Shown: positions 38,393-50,430 of the stretch, piece by piece
How the letters are laid out: each line of letters starts with the position of its first letter
How positions within the stretch are numbered: the first letter of the stretch is position 1
From: Octopus sinensis
Taxonomy: Eukaryota
Length of the DNA stretch: 64,000 nucleotides
Direction: 5' to 3'
NCBI RefSeq assembly: GCF_006345805.1
Contig: NC_043025.1
Coordinates: 7,502,001-7,566,000, forward strand
Notes under the pieces: generated by a model
Databases searched by the model: none
What the model saw: the letters and a program-made list of their open reading frames with translations, nothing else
What the model was told of the DNA's origin: nothing
Program-made: the position numbers and the translations under genes

Positions 38393-38600
38393 AAAATACG
38401 CAAACTTACATAGTTTTAATATAATTTTTAATATATCGACCGGTTTCGCTATCGCTTTTCATGATATTGTTTTACTTATTTAAATATATATTAAGAGAAA
38501 ATTTATATTCAAATAAGTAAAACATAATATCATGAGAGCGATAGCGAAACCGGTCGATATATTAAAAATTATATTAAAACTACGTAAGTTTGCGTATTTT
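38393..38600. repeat. fold-back inverted repeat carrying a hammerhead-like motif (38527-38560, +)
   Basis: ATATC-ATGAGA-GC GATA GC-GAA-ACCGGT-C-GATAT; mirrored on the other arm. Confidence 0.8.
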
Positions 38601-39086
38601 CGTTATATATATATATACTAGCTGTTGTACATCGTAATTCCTGGGGGTAAAGATGTTCTATTGAAACGCTTAATTACGCAATTAAGCAATTTCGTTATAA
38701 CTGTCACAAAAGGTGTATTTTCCGTCATGAAATAGTACAAAAAACTGTCAGCTGGAGGAGGGAGAGATTGTCGGAGGTTGGCAAGAGCAAAGACATTATT
38801 CTGCTTTGTGGAGGCATCCAGGAAAGAAAAACTATTGTTTTACTGTGAGAAAAACGCTGCTGAAGTGTTATGTGAAATTTGGCAATCGAGGATCGAATCC
38901 ACGTTATGCCTGTATATACATACGACGGGCTTCTTTCAGTTTCCGTCGACGAAGTCCACTCATAAAGCTTTGGCCACCCTGGGGTTGTAGTAGAAGACAC
39001 TCGCCCAAGGTGCTCTACTGTAGGAACGAACCCAGACCCAGGTGGTTGGGAAGGAATCATCGTACCACACAGCCATGCTTGCACCT

Positions 39087-39461
39087 ATGGGAGGGAGCAC
39101 TTCGTCGGTTACGACGATGAGGGTTCCGGTTGATCCGAATCAACGGAACAGCCTGCTCGTGAAATTAACGTGTAAGTGGCTGAGCACTCCACAGACACGT
39201 GCACCCTTAACGTAGTTCTCAGGGATATTCAGCGTGACAAGGCCGGCCCCTTGAAATAACAGGTACAACAGAAACAGGAAGTAAGAGTGAGAGAAAGTTG
39301 TGGTGAAAGAGTACAGCAGGGATCACCACGATCCCCTGCCGGAGCCTCGTGGAGCTTTTAGGTGTTTTCGCTCAATAAACACTCACAACGCCCGGTCTGG
39401 GAATCGAAACCGCGATCCTACGACCGCGAGTCCGCTGCCCTAACCACTGGGCCATTGCACC
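39087..39461 (-). mobile_element. tRNA-derived SINE family D, tail type 1
   Basis: Head matches 40829; tail matches 18131 dimer. Confidence 0.88.
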
Positions 39462-40224
39462 TATATATATACCCGTGCGTGTGTCCAGGGTTTGCCGTTT
39501 CCATCCACCTCGTAACGGACACATTAGATAACGATGTTCGATTGAAAAACAAAACCCCCCCCAAAAAAAAAACCAGACGGGAGGGGTGGCCATAGAGTGG
39601 AGTGTCTTTCAGAGGTTGACCTCAGAGATAAGAAAGAAAAAAACTGTCAACACCTTTCTGTCTCCCTCGTCTTTGTGGGACCATTGGAAAGAAAGCTGGA
39701 TTTTGAAGTGGGTTTTTTTTTCTTGGGTGTGTTATGGGTTTCGTTATAACCTTTGCGTGTGTCCGTGCGGGAATGTGTGAGCCGGGCGGGCGGGGAAAGT
39801 CTGTTGCATTTTATCGTCGTTAGATGTTTTAAAATTTCCTATTGTGATGTGGATTATTATTATTATCATTATTAATTGTTATTATTATTATTATTATTAT
39901 TTGATAGGACGGGGTGTGTGTGTGTGGTGTGTGTTTGTTTGTTTACGGCTATCGATAAAATGCGCACACTCGATATTTTCAAGGGCGTCTGTCCTCTAGA
40001 TTGAAAACCGTAGAGAAGGAGTGAGAGAGAGACAGACAGACGGACAGATAGAGAAAGAGAGTTCTGTTTACGTGAAAGAAACGAACAACTCTATTTTTTT
40101 AACCCTATATACCCTCACCGTACTCCTTATATGTATTCGTGTATAAATTATGTGTATACACTTATATACATGCAAATATACATTTGTATATATGAATACA
40201 CACAAACGCATATCTATACACATA

Positions 40225-40266
<42 letters not shown>

Positions 40267-40360
40267 CACACGCACACATAGTGTAATGCATATATTACAT
40301 TGTCTATCGATCGCTACTTTATATACTCGTATATTAGAGGTGTGTATGTGTGCACACGAA

Positions 40361-40545
40361 GTCGGGTGCTGGAAAGTTCCTGGCTCTAAGGGTGTCGTGA
40401 AGGGCCTGGATGGACCAACCTTCTCAGTTCTTCTACGGGACTTAGAAAAAGCTGAAAGACCACTGCAGTAAGTGTGTGAATGTGGGAGGGGAATGTGCTG
40501 AATAAAATCATAATTAACTGGTCCTTCTGTATTTTTTCTTTTACC
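40361..40545 (+). mobile_element. mariner-derived MITE remnant
   Basis: GGGTGCTGGAAAGTTCC terminal remnant; KLKDHCSKCVNVGGECAE* resembles a mariner C-terminus. Confidence 0.6.
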
Positions 40546-40687
40546 CGAAGACGACAGTAGCTGACTTGTGGAGTGGGGGTCAACAGGAGAGAATGTACAC
40601 TGCCTCGGGGACCTGCCTCTCCTTCGAATAGGTTAAACAATTCTAGTTTGAAGTCGAAACGGTCCGTGCCCGCAAACAGCACACACA

Positions 40688-40727
<40 letters not shown>

Positions 40728-40828
40728 ATTTGCGTGTGTTTGTTATGTCGACTTGTAATAAAAACAATTTACCATCAAACTAAAAAATTACTCAATAGTT
40801 TTTGTAGAATACATATTTATTTTGTGGA

Positions 40829-41115
40829 GGCGCAATGGCCCAGTGGTTAGGGCAGCGGACTCGCGGTCGCAGGATCGCGGGTTCGATTCCCAGACCGGGC
40901 GTTGTGAGTGTTTATTGCGCGAAAACACGTCTCCAGCAGGGGGTGGTGGTGATCCCTGCTGTACTCTTTCGCCACAACTTTCTCTCACTCTTTCTTCTAT
41001 TGGCCTGCTCGCTTAGCCAGCGGGGTGGCGTCATTCGAAGGCTAAAACAATGCGAAGCGCATTGTGACCAGCGATGTGTAGCAACATCTGATGGCCTGGT
41101 CGGTCACGTGATCAC
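40829..41115 (+). mobile_element. SINE family D, tail type 2
   Basis: A box TGGCCCAGTGG, B box GGTTCGATTCC; 3' module differs from 39087 copy. Confidence 0.85.
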
Positions 41116-41425
41116 ATATTCATTATACTTTATAACAGTGACTTCGAAGTATCGGGCCGTTTAGCTTTCGTTGGACTGTGTTCGTGTCTGTTGGTTATGA
41201 CCAGTTCATGGGGATTACCCGGGATTTCGTGTCCATAAAGCGCTTAACTTTGACGAGACGTGTGTAAAGCTAAGCGGGTTATGAACGCAAAACCTTGGGT
41301 AACCTTATGATCAGGCCATAACTAACATTCTCCAAATTTTCTACCGTCCCGTAACTTAAAATGTGCTCCTTTCGGATTTATGATTTACTAATGATACCCA
41401 GAGATTTGCATGTATATCAATATTT

Positions 41426-42092
41426 GGGATCATTTCGGTTTGAACGGTAGTTTTTTCCCAGCGGTGTCACCCATAATTATGACCCTAGTATCGATCTATT
41501 GCATTTCAATCTGTTTTAGGGTTAAAGTTAGGGGTGGGGGAAGGGTATCTTTTTTCTTCAGAAATGTAAATAAACCCAATCTGTTTCTTAAACAAGGAGC
41601 ATATTCATACGGCACAGAATGTTTTTTTTTACCTCAATAGACGTCAGTGATTGGTTGAAATTGCAGAAATTGAAGAAGAAAAACACAACAAATATCTTAC
41701 AAACTATAGAATTTTCTCAATAAAGCCAAGAGAAAAAGATGTTTTATAAACACATTCTACCAGTATACGAAGTTTACAATTTTATTTAGTTAGCTAGAAA
41801 TTATTTTTAAAAACTGCCGTTCAAACCGAAAAGATCCATGTTTCTTAAACGAGGGACATATTCATACGGCACAGAATGTTTTTTTTACCTCAATAGACGT
41901 CAGTGATTGGTTGAAATTGCAGAAATTGAAGAAGAAAAAAGCAACAGATATCTTACAAACTATAGAATTTTCTCAATAAAGCCAAGAGAAAAAAGATGTT
42001 TTATAAACACATTCTACCAGTATACGAAGTTTAAAAGTGTTTAGTTACGTGGGAATTATTTTTAAAAACTGCCGTTCAAACCGAAAAGATCC
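41426..42092. mobile_element. GGGATC-ended MITE plus ~255-bp tandem duplication of one end
   Basis: TIR ends at 41837 and again at 42092. Confidence 0.88.
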
Positions 42093-42659
42093 GACCGACG
42101 TGTGTAAATCTAAGCACGTTATGAACGCGAAACATTGGGTTACCCCTATGAACATCCTCGAAATATTCTACCGTCCCGTAACTTAAAATGTGCTCCTTTT
42201 TCGGGTACACAACAGATTTGCATGTGTATCAATATTTGTGCTATTCTTTCACTTTCTTTCTCAGCGGTTTGACCTCTGACCCGCAGTTTTATTTTTTTTT
42301 TGTTTTGTTTATGAATTTATTTAATTTTTTTTTTTACTTTTTTTTACTTTTTTACCTTTCTCGAATACAAACTCATAACATGGCGTCCTGTTCTACTCTC
42401 TCTCTCTCTCCTCTTGCAAAGCGCATTCCTTCCCCCGTCCTACTCCTCCTCCTCCTCTGCCGTCGCCGCCACCACCACCACCACCCATCATCTCTACCTC
42501 TCTCTCGTTGCCCTGCTTTCTTCCTTCCTTCCTTCGTTTCTCTCCACCACCACCACCACCACCACCACAACATCAACAACAACGACCATCAGTAAAAGTC
42601 AGGGAGATTCTTTATCAATGCTGCCATTCTCCCATACATTTTATTATTGCAATACAGGT

Positions 42660-42696
42660 TTCACCGCCACTACTACTACTACTACTGCTGCTGCTG

Positions 42697-42731
<35 letters not shown>

Positions 42732-43050
42732 GCTGCTGCTGCTACTACTACTACTACTACTGCTGCTACTACTACTACTACTACTGCTACTACTAGTTCT
42801 GCTACTACTACTACTAGTACTGCTACTACTACTACTAGTACTGCTACTACTACTAGTACTGCTATTACTACTACTACTACTGCTACTACTACTAGTACTG
42901 CTATTACTACTACTACTACTACTACTACTGCTACTAGTACTGCTACTACTACTACTACTACTACCACCACTACTACTACTACTACCACTACTACTACCAC
43001 TACTACTACCACCACTACTACTACTACTACTACAGTAGTTGTAGTAGTAG
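42660..43050. repeat. (CTA)n/(CTG)n trinucleotide tract
   Basis: Source of poly-T/L/S/V ORFs. Confidence 0.95.
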
Positions 43051-43179
43051 CAACGGCAGCAATGTTTTGTGGTTGCCAAATGTTGTTACCTTGACATTCG
43101 GCCAATGAACTTGAGATGGTGTCGTGTTGCTTCGGTTTAGTTTGAAAAGCTTCGTTCTTTGAAAAAAAAAAACTTCACT

Positions 43180-43187
43180 CAAACCCC

Positions 43188-43231
<44 letters not shown>

Positions 43232-43446
43232 TTCTTTCTTTGTATCCGTCTGCCTGTCTATTTGTCTCTCTCTCTTTCTGACTCTCTCTGTGTTTCTTTG
43301 CCCCTCCCCCCGCCCTCCTCTCCCTCTCTCTCTGCGTTTCTTTGCCCGTCTGTCTATCTCTCACTCTTTTCCTCACTCTGTAGCTCTCTCTCTCTCTCTC
43401 ACTCTCTCTCTCTGTTTCTTTGTCTGTCTGTATCTTACTCTCTCTG

Positions 43447-43503
<57 letters not shown>

Positions 43504-43690
43504 CTCCTCTGTTTCTTTATCTGTCTGTGTCTTACTCTCTCTGTCTCTCTCTCTCTCTCATTATGTCTACCTGTCTTCTCTCTCTTTCCCCCTCTCCCTC
43601 CTCGTCACACACACACACACAGACACACACACTCTCTCTCTCTCTCTATATATATATATTCCCGTCTGTCTGTCTGTCTGTCTCTCTGTT
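43180..43690. repeat. interrupted (CT)n polypyrimidine tract
   Basis: About 500 bp of strand-biased CT repeats. Confidence 0.9.
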
Positions 43691-44029
43691 ACAATGTACG
43701 TATTGTTTGACCTCAAGGACATCAATACACACAACCGAAGCTGTTGCTGTTGTACAGTCGTAGTCACGTAGCTGTTATTGTTGTTATTATTGTTGCTGTT
43801 GGTGGTGGTGGTAGTAGTGGTGATGATGAGACTGTTTATGCACAATAGATAGTAGGTGAAATGGTAGTTGGTGGTTGGTATCGGATGTAGTAGTTTTACA
43901 GTAGTAGCTGCTATTTACGTGAAATGGAGCAGGTGATTGAAGGACGAGGTCGTGGTGGTCGTGGCGGGGGCGGCGGCGGCGGCGGTTATATGAATGTTAG
44001 TAGTAATAGTAGAGATAGCTGCCGTACTA

Positions 44030-45030
44030 GTGGTGGTGGTGGTAGTAGTAGTGGTTGTTATTGGTGTTGGTCGTGGTTGGAGGTCGTGGCTGTGAAACTA
44101 GTGGAGGGTGGTGATGTTGTTTATGGGATAGTCGTACTAGTGGTGGTGTTGCAAATAGTGGTAGTAGTTGTGTTATTGGTGGTGGTCGTGGTTGGAGGTC
44201 GTGGCTGAGAACCTAGTGGAGGGTGGTGATGTTGTTTATGGGATAGTGGAAGTAGTGGTAGTAGTTGTGTTATTAGTGATGGTCATGGTTGGACGTCGTG
44301 GCTGTGAACGTAGTGGAGAGTGGTGATGTTGTTTATGGGATAGTCGTACTAGTGGTGGTGTTGTAAGTAGTGGTAGTAGTTATGTTATTGGTGGTGGTCG
44401 TGGTTGGACGTCGTGGCTGTGAAACTAGTGAAGGGTGGTGATGTTGTTTATGAGATAGTGGTAGTAGTGCTAACTGTGGTGGTGGTGGTGGTTGTGGTAT
44501 TGATGGTGATGTTGGCGATAGAAGTAGTAGTAGTTGTTATTGGTGTTGGTCGTGGTTGGAGGTTGTAATTGAGGAACTAGTGGAGGGTGGTGATGGTGTT
44601 TATGGAGTAGTGATAGTGGTAGTAGTGATGGTAGTGGTGATAGTGTTGTTGGAGGTAGTAGTAGTTATAGGAGTTGGTCGTGGCTGGAAGTCATGGCTGT
44701 GGAGCTAGTCCAGGGTGGGGATGGTGTTTATGAGATGGTGGTAGTAGTAGTAACTATGGTGGTGGTGGTAGTGGTGATGGTGATGTTGGAAGTAGTAGTA
44801 GTTGGTGGTGGTGGTGGTGGTGGTCATGGTTGGAGCTCATAGCTGTGGAATTAATAGAGGATGGTGATGGTGTTTATGGGATAGTGGTAGTAGTGTTGGT
44901 GATGTTGCAGGTAATCCTAGTAGTAGTTGTTATTGGTGTTGGTCATGGTTGGAGTTGTGGAATTAGTGGGAGGTGGTGATGGTAATCATAGCAGTTCCAG
45001 TTGGAGATAGTAGTGGTCATGGTTACGGTA
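44030..45030 (+). repeat. degenerate G/T-rich minisatellite, about nine units of roughly 75-150 bp
   Basis: Recurring GGTC(G/A)TGGTTGGA...AGTGGAGGGTGGTGATG...GTTTATGGGATAGT. Confidence 0.8.
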
Positions 45031-45612
45031 GCTGGAGATCATAGTTGTTATACTAGTGGGGGCGGGAGGATTATAGGCAGCAGCAGCAGTAGTAGTAATG
45101 ATGTGGTATTCTTGGATGTTGGAGGTTGTAGTTGTGGTGGTGGTGGTGGTGTTGGTGGCTGTGGTGCTACTGCAGCTGGTCTATTGGTTTTTATTAGTTG
45201 TTGGTACAGGATATAGTGCGGAGTGGTTTCAGATGTTCGATGCCCGGTGGTAGTTGGTTGTAGTTTAGCTCAAAGTCAACCCACATTGAGCAGACCTATG
45301 ATCAACACAAAAACATTCCAACCATGACCATTCCATCCTTTTTATTTTCTACACATAGGCTCTAGCATGGTTGTGTGGTAAGAAGCTTGCTTCCCAGCCG
45401 CATGGTTCTGGGTTCTGGGTTCAGTCCCACTGCTTCACACCTTGGGCAAGTGTCCTCTCCTATAGCCTCAGGCCACCCAAAGCCTTGTGAGTAGATTTGG
45501 TAGATGGAAATTGAAAGAAGCGTGCTTGAAGTGATAAATTTACATAGTTATTGACGTTATGTCTATTTTCGGCATATTTGGCATTAGAAATTTTTTCTTT
45601 TGCCTTTACTTA

Positions 45613-45984
45613 CACTACCGTCAGAAATTAATTAGCACCCTTGATTTGCTCTTCACTCAAGGTATGTGCTGTCACCTAGTGGCCATATCTCGAACTATTG
45701 CTTTGTTGCGAGCTCACTGTTGCGCAGAACGATGACGTAACTTTGTTTGCAGAGCAGTTTGAGAGTCTACAGCCTTATGATGTGAATAGCAGTGCAAAAA
45801 CTTGGAGTGCGGATGCAGACAAATCTTCCTTGTTTAATAGATATAGGTAGCGCCTCGCAAGGACGAAATCACACCATACTAAGTTTCTCATCGCGTAAGA
45901 CGTTTTGAACAGCTCATAGGTTAATCGATTTAACCTATTTAATGTAGAAATTTGAGAAGTGCTAATTAATTTTTGATGCAAGTG
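45613..45984. mobile_element. Tc1-like MITE
   Basis: TA|CACTACCGTCAGAAATTAATTAGCAC / GTGCTAATTAATTTTTGATGCAAGTG|TA. Confidence 0.8.
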
Positions 45985-46084
45985 TATAAATTGTATATAT
46001 ATATATATATACTTACTTGGAAATGGATACATCACATTCAATTAAATGATAAATAATATATAATATATATATATATATATGTAT

Positions 46085-46430
46085 ATATTATACATGCATA
46101 TATGGGTATAGGATGTCACCAAAGGTGCAAATAACATGAAATATGTAAACAATAAGCAAAAAGATGGAAAACAGGGCAAGTTAACACTGAGAAAGGACCC
46201 TTCATCAGTTGTGGGCTGTCTATCTACTCCTCATTTCGAGCATTCAACAAGTCTTCAATAGACAGCTGACAACTGATGAAGGGTCGGTCCTTTCTGTCTT
46301 AACTTCTCCTGTTTTCCATTTTTTTCTCATTGTTTACATAGTTCACTTGTTTGTTTACATATTTCGTGTTATTCGCACCATTGGTGATGTCCTGTACCCA
46401 TACATGCATGTATTTATATATGATTATATA
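46085..46430. repeat. diverged fold-back inverted repeat, Penelope-like relic
   Basis: GGATGTCACCAAAGGTGC...TTCATCAGTTGT mirrored; hammerhead-like remnants in the spacer. Confidence 0.75.
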
Positions 46431-46434
46431 TGTG

Positions 46435-46645
46435 ACTGCGTGTGTATTGTTGGCGATTTTTTTTCCTCTGTCTTCCCTTCTCTGGATCTTTCCTTCTCCT
46501 ATGTTTCCGACGAAGAGCTCCGCTTGAAATGTAAAAACCCTCCTTCATCCCTTCCTTCCTGAGCGTCCAATAATACTATATTTGTTCCACGTCCTTGTTT
46601 TTGTTGTGTTTTCTCTTTGTGTTTTCATGTTTGGATTAACTATAT
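46435..46645 (+). mobile_element. short hammerhead-bearing element (family P1), degenerate motif at 46503-46538
   Basis: Matches 47955 and 54901 copies. Confidence 0.75.
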
Positions 46646-46654
46646 ATATATATT

Positions 46655-46917
46655 ATGGAGATGTACTTGCATAGCAAGCGACCTGATCTGAGATCATGTG
46701 CTGGAACGGAAAAAATTGCAGCATGGAAGGTTTTTATAAGCTATTTAAAAACACACAAAAACCGTTAGATTCACTTCAACATTTAAATTTAATTTGCCAA
46801 AATATTTTCGTCTCTTTGAAACCGTGACTGACAGAATTCTGTGCAACACAGAATTTTGTCAGTGAACAGGTCTCGGTCTCAAAGCGACAAAAATATTTTG
46901 GCAAATTAAATTTAAAT
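46655..46917. mobile_element. Penelope-like relic with inverted end and G3:C8 hammerhead-like motif (46856-46904, +)
   Basis: TTGTCA-GTGAACA-G-GTC.C..GCGAC-(G)AAA-ATATT-T-TGGCAA; G12 seen only in the opposite arm. Confidence 0.5.
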
Positions 46918-48023
46918 ATTGTATATTATTTGTTATTTATCTGCTAACCAACCACATGGTTCTGGGTTCAGTCCCACTGTGTGGCATCTTGGGCAAGTGT
47001 CTTCTGCTATAGCCTCGGGCCGACCAAAGCCTTCTGAGTGGATTTGGTAGACAGAAACTGAAAGAAGCCCGTCGTATATATGTATATATATATATATAGG
47101 CGCAGGAGCGGCTGTGTGGTAAGTAGCTTGCTTACCAACCATGGGTCCAGGTTCAGTCCCACTGCGTGGCACTTGGGCAAGTGTCTTCTACTATAGCCTC
47201 GGGCCAACCAAAGCCTTGTGAGTGGATTTGGTAGACGGAAACTGAAAGAAGCCCATCGTATATATGTATATAAATATGTTGTGTGTGTTTGTGTGTTGTC
47301 CTAGATAGACATACGCTGGAAAAAAGATGGAATGGTCACAGATGGAACATCTTTGATCATAGATCTGCAGGATCAGAGCTGGCTTGGCTAAATAACAACA
47401 ACAAGTCTTGCCTCTGACCCCTGCCAAGAATGGTTTCTACTGACCTTCATACTTAGATTTAGGACAAGTGGAAGCATGGATTGTGGTTGCTAGGGAAACC
47501 TGCTGAGTGCGGCTGTCCTTGTTGAAAGATATCAGAGACATTTAAGTGCTGTACTTCTTTGATGAGCTTGGCATGTTTGTAATATATCTCTGCTTTTTAT
47601 GTTTTTACTTGTTTTAGTCATTAGACTGCGGCCACACTGGAGCACCGCTTTGAAGAATTTCAGTACTTATCATTATTATTATTATAGTCATTTTGTTTTT
47701 TTAAAACCTGATACTTCGTCGGTCTTTTTTGTGGAACTGCTAAATTATGGTTGTCAAGCGGTTGTTGGGAGACAAATACCGACACAAAGATACACATAGA
47801 CAAATACCAAATCTACTCACAAGGATTTGGTTAGCCTAAGCCTATAGTAGAAGGCACTTGCCCAATGTGCCACACTGTGGGACTGAACCTGGAACCATGT
47901 GGTTGGGAAGCAAGCTTTTTACACATGCCTACACTATATATATATATAAAATGTGACCTCGTGTGTACCGTTGGCGATTTTTTTTCCTCTGTCTTCCCTT
48001 CTCTGGATCTTTCCTTCTCTTAT

Positions 48024-48058
48024 GTTTCTGACGAAGAGCTCCGCTCGAAACATTAAAC
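48024..48058 (+). ncRNA. minimal type I hammerhead, family P1 (element about 47955-48150)
   Basis: GTTT-CTGACGA-A-GAGC TCC GCTC-GAA-ACAT-T-AAAC. Confidence 0.7.
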
Positions 48059-48564
48059 CCTCCTTCTTTCCTTCTTTCCCAAGCGTCCAATAATTCTATA
48101 TTTGTTCTACGTCCTCGCGTTGTGTTTTCTCTTTGTGTTTTCATGTTTGTATTTCTCCTCTCATGTGACTGCTGGTCAACAAGCCTTTCGGCTTCTGACC
48201 AGCGCCACGAGAACATCAACAGCTAAACTAAGTTATAGTGTCTATTAGTCGTAAGACACCCACTGTTTTTGTCCTGTTATTACTATATGCTTTTTGTATT
48301 TATATTCGTGTGGCATCGTCCGTTTTCTGTCCTTGTTTGTAACATATCTTCGCTCCTTTTTCCAAGAATCTAAGTGTCGTAGCTTCGTTTTCCTTGGGCT
48401 GGCCGGATCGAAGCGATCTCAAGATAAATCAGCCGAAATTCAGATTATCCGTTCTTGACTGAAGATTATAGGCTTTGAATGTCCCGTCCGTCTTTGTATT
48501 GTCTTCTAATGTTTTACTTCTTGCCCAGTTTTATTTTTCTAATTAATATATATATATATATACT

Positions 48565-48925
48565 CAGCAGTAAACTCTTTGCTCATATTTTTCCTTGAAG
48601 AACGGCTGGCTCAGTTAAGGATCTTAGCATTTAGAGTTATAACCAAAAATAGCAAAAAAATGGAAAAAAATGATGGTAAATTTTTTTTTGAGTCAAAAGG
48701 ATGGAGGTTGCCTCCCCTAGACAGTTGTGGTTCGTGTTCTGATTCTCGACCCCATGTCGAATTTTTGTCGATTTTTTTCAGAAATGGGGAAACTTTTCTA
48801 AAATTTTGGCTGCGTTAGTTTGGAATTATGACATTGGGCTATTGTTGTGTCCAGTTTCATCAGATCGGTTGAACCGTGGTCAGGGTGATGGTACAAGCAA
48901 ACAGACACACTAACCACGCACAGAC
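48565..48925. mobile_element. Helitron/HINE-like non-autonomous element
   Basis: Shares AAAAAATGATGGTAAATTTTT block with Helitron 59696; CAGTTTCATCAGATCGG...CAGACAAACTGCCG end. Confidence 0.5.
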
Positions 48926-48933
48926 AAACTGCC

Positions 48934-48972
<39 letters not shown>

Positions 48973-49572
48973 CAAGCACTATTTGTGTCCAGTTAACCTT
49001 TATTTGGCAGTAAACAAACCAAATACAACTGTCCTCAAACGAGGACAGTGGGTTAAAATGGGTTAATGTAATGATTGTATTGTCCTTTGTACATCCTGGT
49101 GTATTTAAAATGCAAAATTATGTTTGTTTTGTAATTTTCATTTTGGTTGTGAAATGAAACAATTGTTGGTGAATATGTTAATTAATTAATTAATTACATC
49201 CATTAGGTCTCTCTGTTTTCTAACTCGATAATATATATACAAGGCATAGGAGTGGCTGTGTGGTAAGTAGCTTGCTTACCAACCACATGGTTCCGGGTTC
49301 AGTCCCACTGCGTGGCACCTTGGGCAAGGTCTTCTACTATAGCCTCGGGCCGACCAAAAACCTTGTGAGTGGATATGGTAGACGGAAACTGAAAGAAGCC
49401 CGTTGTATATATGTATATATATATATGTGTGTGTGTGTATGTTTGTGTCTGTCTGTGTTTGTTTCCCCCCCAATATCGTTTGACAACTGATGCTGGTGTG
49501 TTTACGTCCCCGTAACTTATATCTATGTATATATATATATTATATATATTATATTTATATATATATATATTA

Positions 49573-49605
<33 letters not shown>

Positions 49606-50394
49606 ATTATAATATATATATATATTTACTCTTACTCTTTTACTGTTTCAGTCATTTGACTGCGGCCATGCTGGAGCACCGCCTTAGTCGAGCAAATCGA
49701 CCCTGGACTTATTCTTTGTAAGCCCAGTACTTTTCTATCGGTCTCTTTTGCTGAACCGCTAATGACGGGGACGTAAACACACCAGCATCGGTTGTCAAGC
49801 AATGCTAGGGGGACAAACACAGGCACACAAACATATACACACACACACATATATATACATATATACGACAGGCTTCTTTCAGTTTCCATCTACCAAATCT
49901 ACTCACAAGGCTTTGGTCAGCCCGGGGCTATAGCAGAAGACACTTTGCCCAAGATGCCACGCAGTGGAACTGAACCCGGAACCATATGGTTGGTAAACAA
50001 GCTACTTACCACACACACACATATATTATATATATATATATATATATATGGTTAAGAAGCTAGCTTTCCAAAACCACATTACCAAATACACAGACAAGGC
50101 ATTGGTTGACCCTGGGCTATAGTAGAAGACATGTAACTAAGGTACCGTGCAGTGCAATTGAACCTGAAATCCTGAGGTTTGCAAAGCTGGCTTCTTAGCC
50201 ATACGACCCGGTCTAAAACCAAGTTTAGATTATTAATGAGCAGAGATACAAAGGAGCCCCAGTGTGCAGCATTGGATCTGTTGAAACTATGCTGCAAGAT
50301 GTTCTCATGTCTTGATAAGAATTTGTCAGTGTTTATAACGAAGGTAATTTGGATGTTTTTAATAAAGTCATCTTGCGCATTTTGCTTTTTGATC

Positions 50395-50430
<36 letters not shown>

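Noticed and set aside
40829-40901. tRNA gene-like sequence (also 30214-30285 and other SINE heads)
   Set aside because: A and B boxes present but acceptor stem does not pair and sequence continues into a SINE body
42414-43105. Poly-Thr, poly-Leu, poly-Ser and poly-Val ORFs resembling mucin
   Set aside because: Four overlapping frames of one (CTA)n tract; no domain or clear splice support
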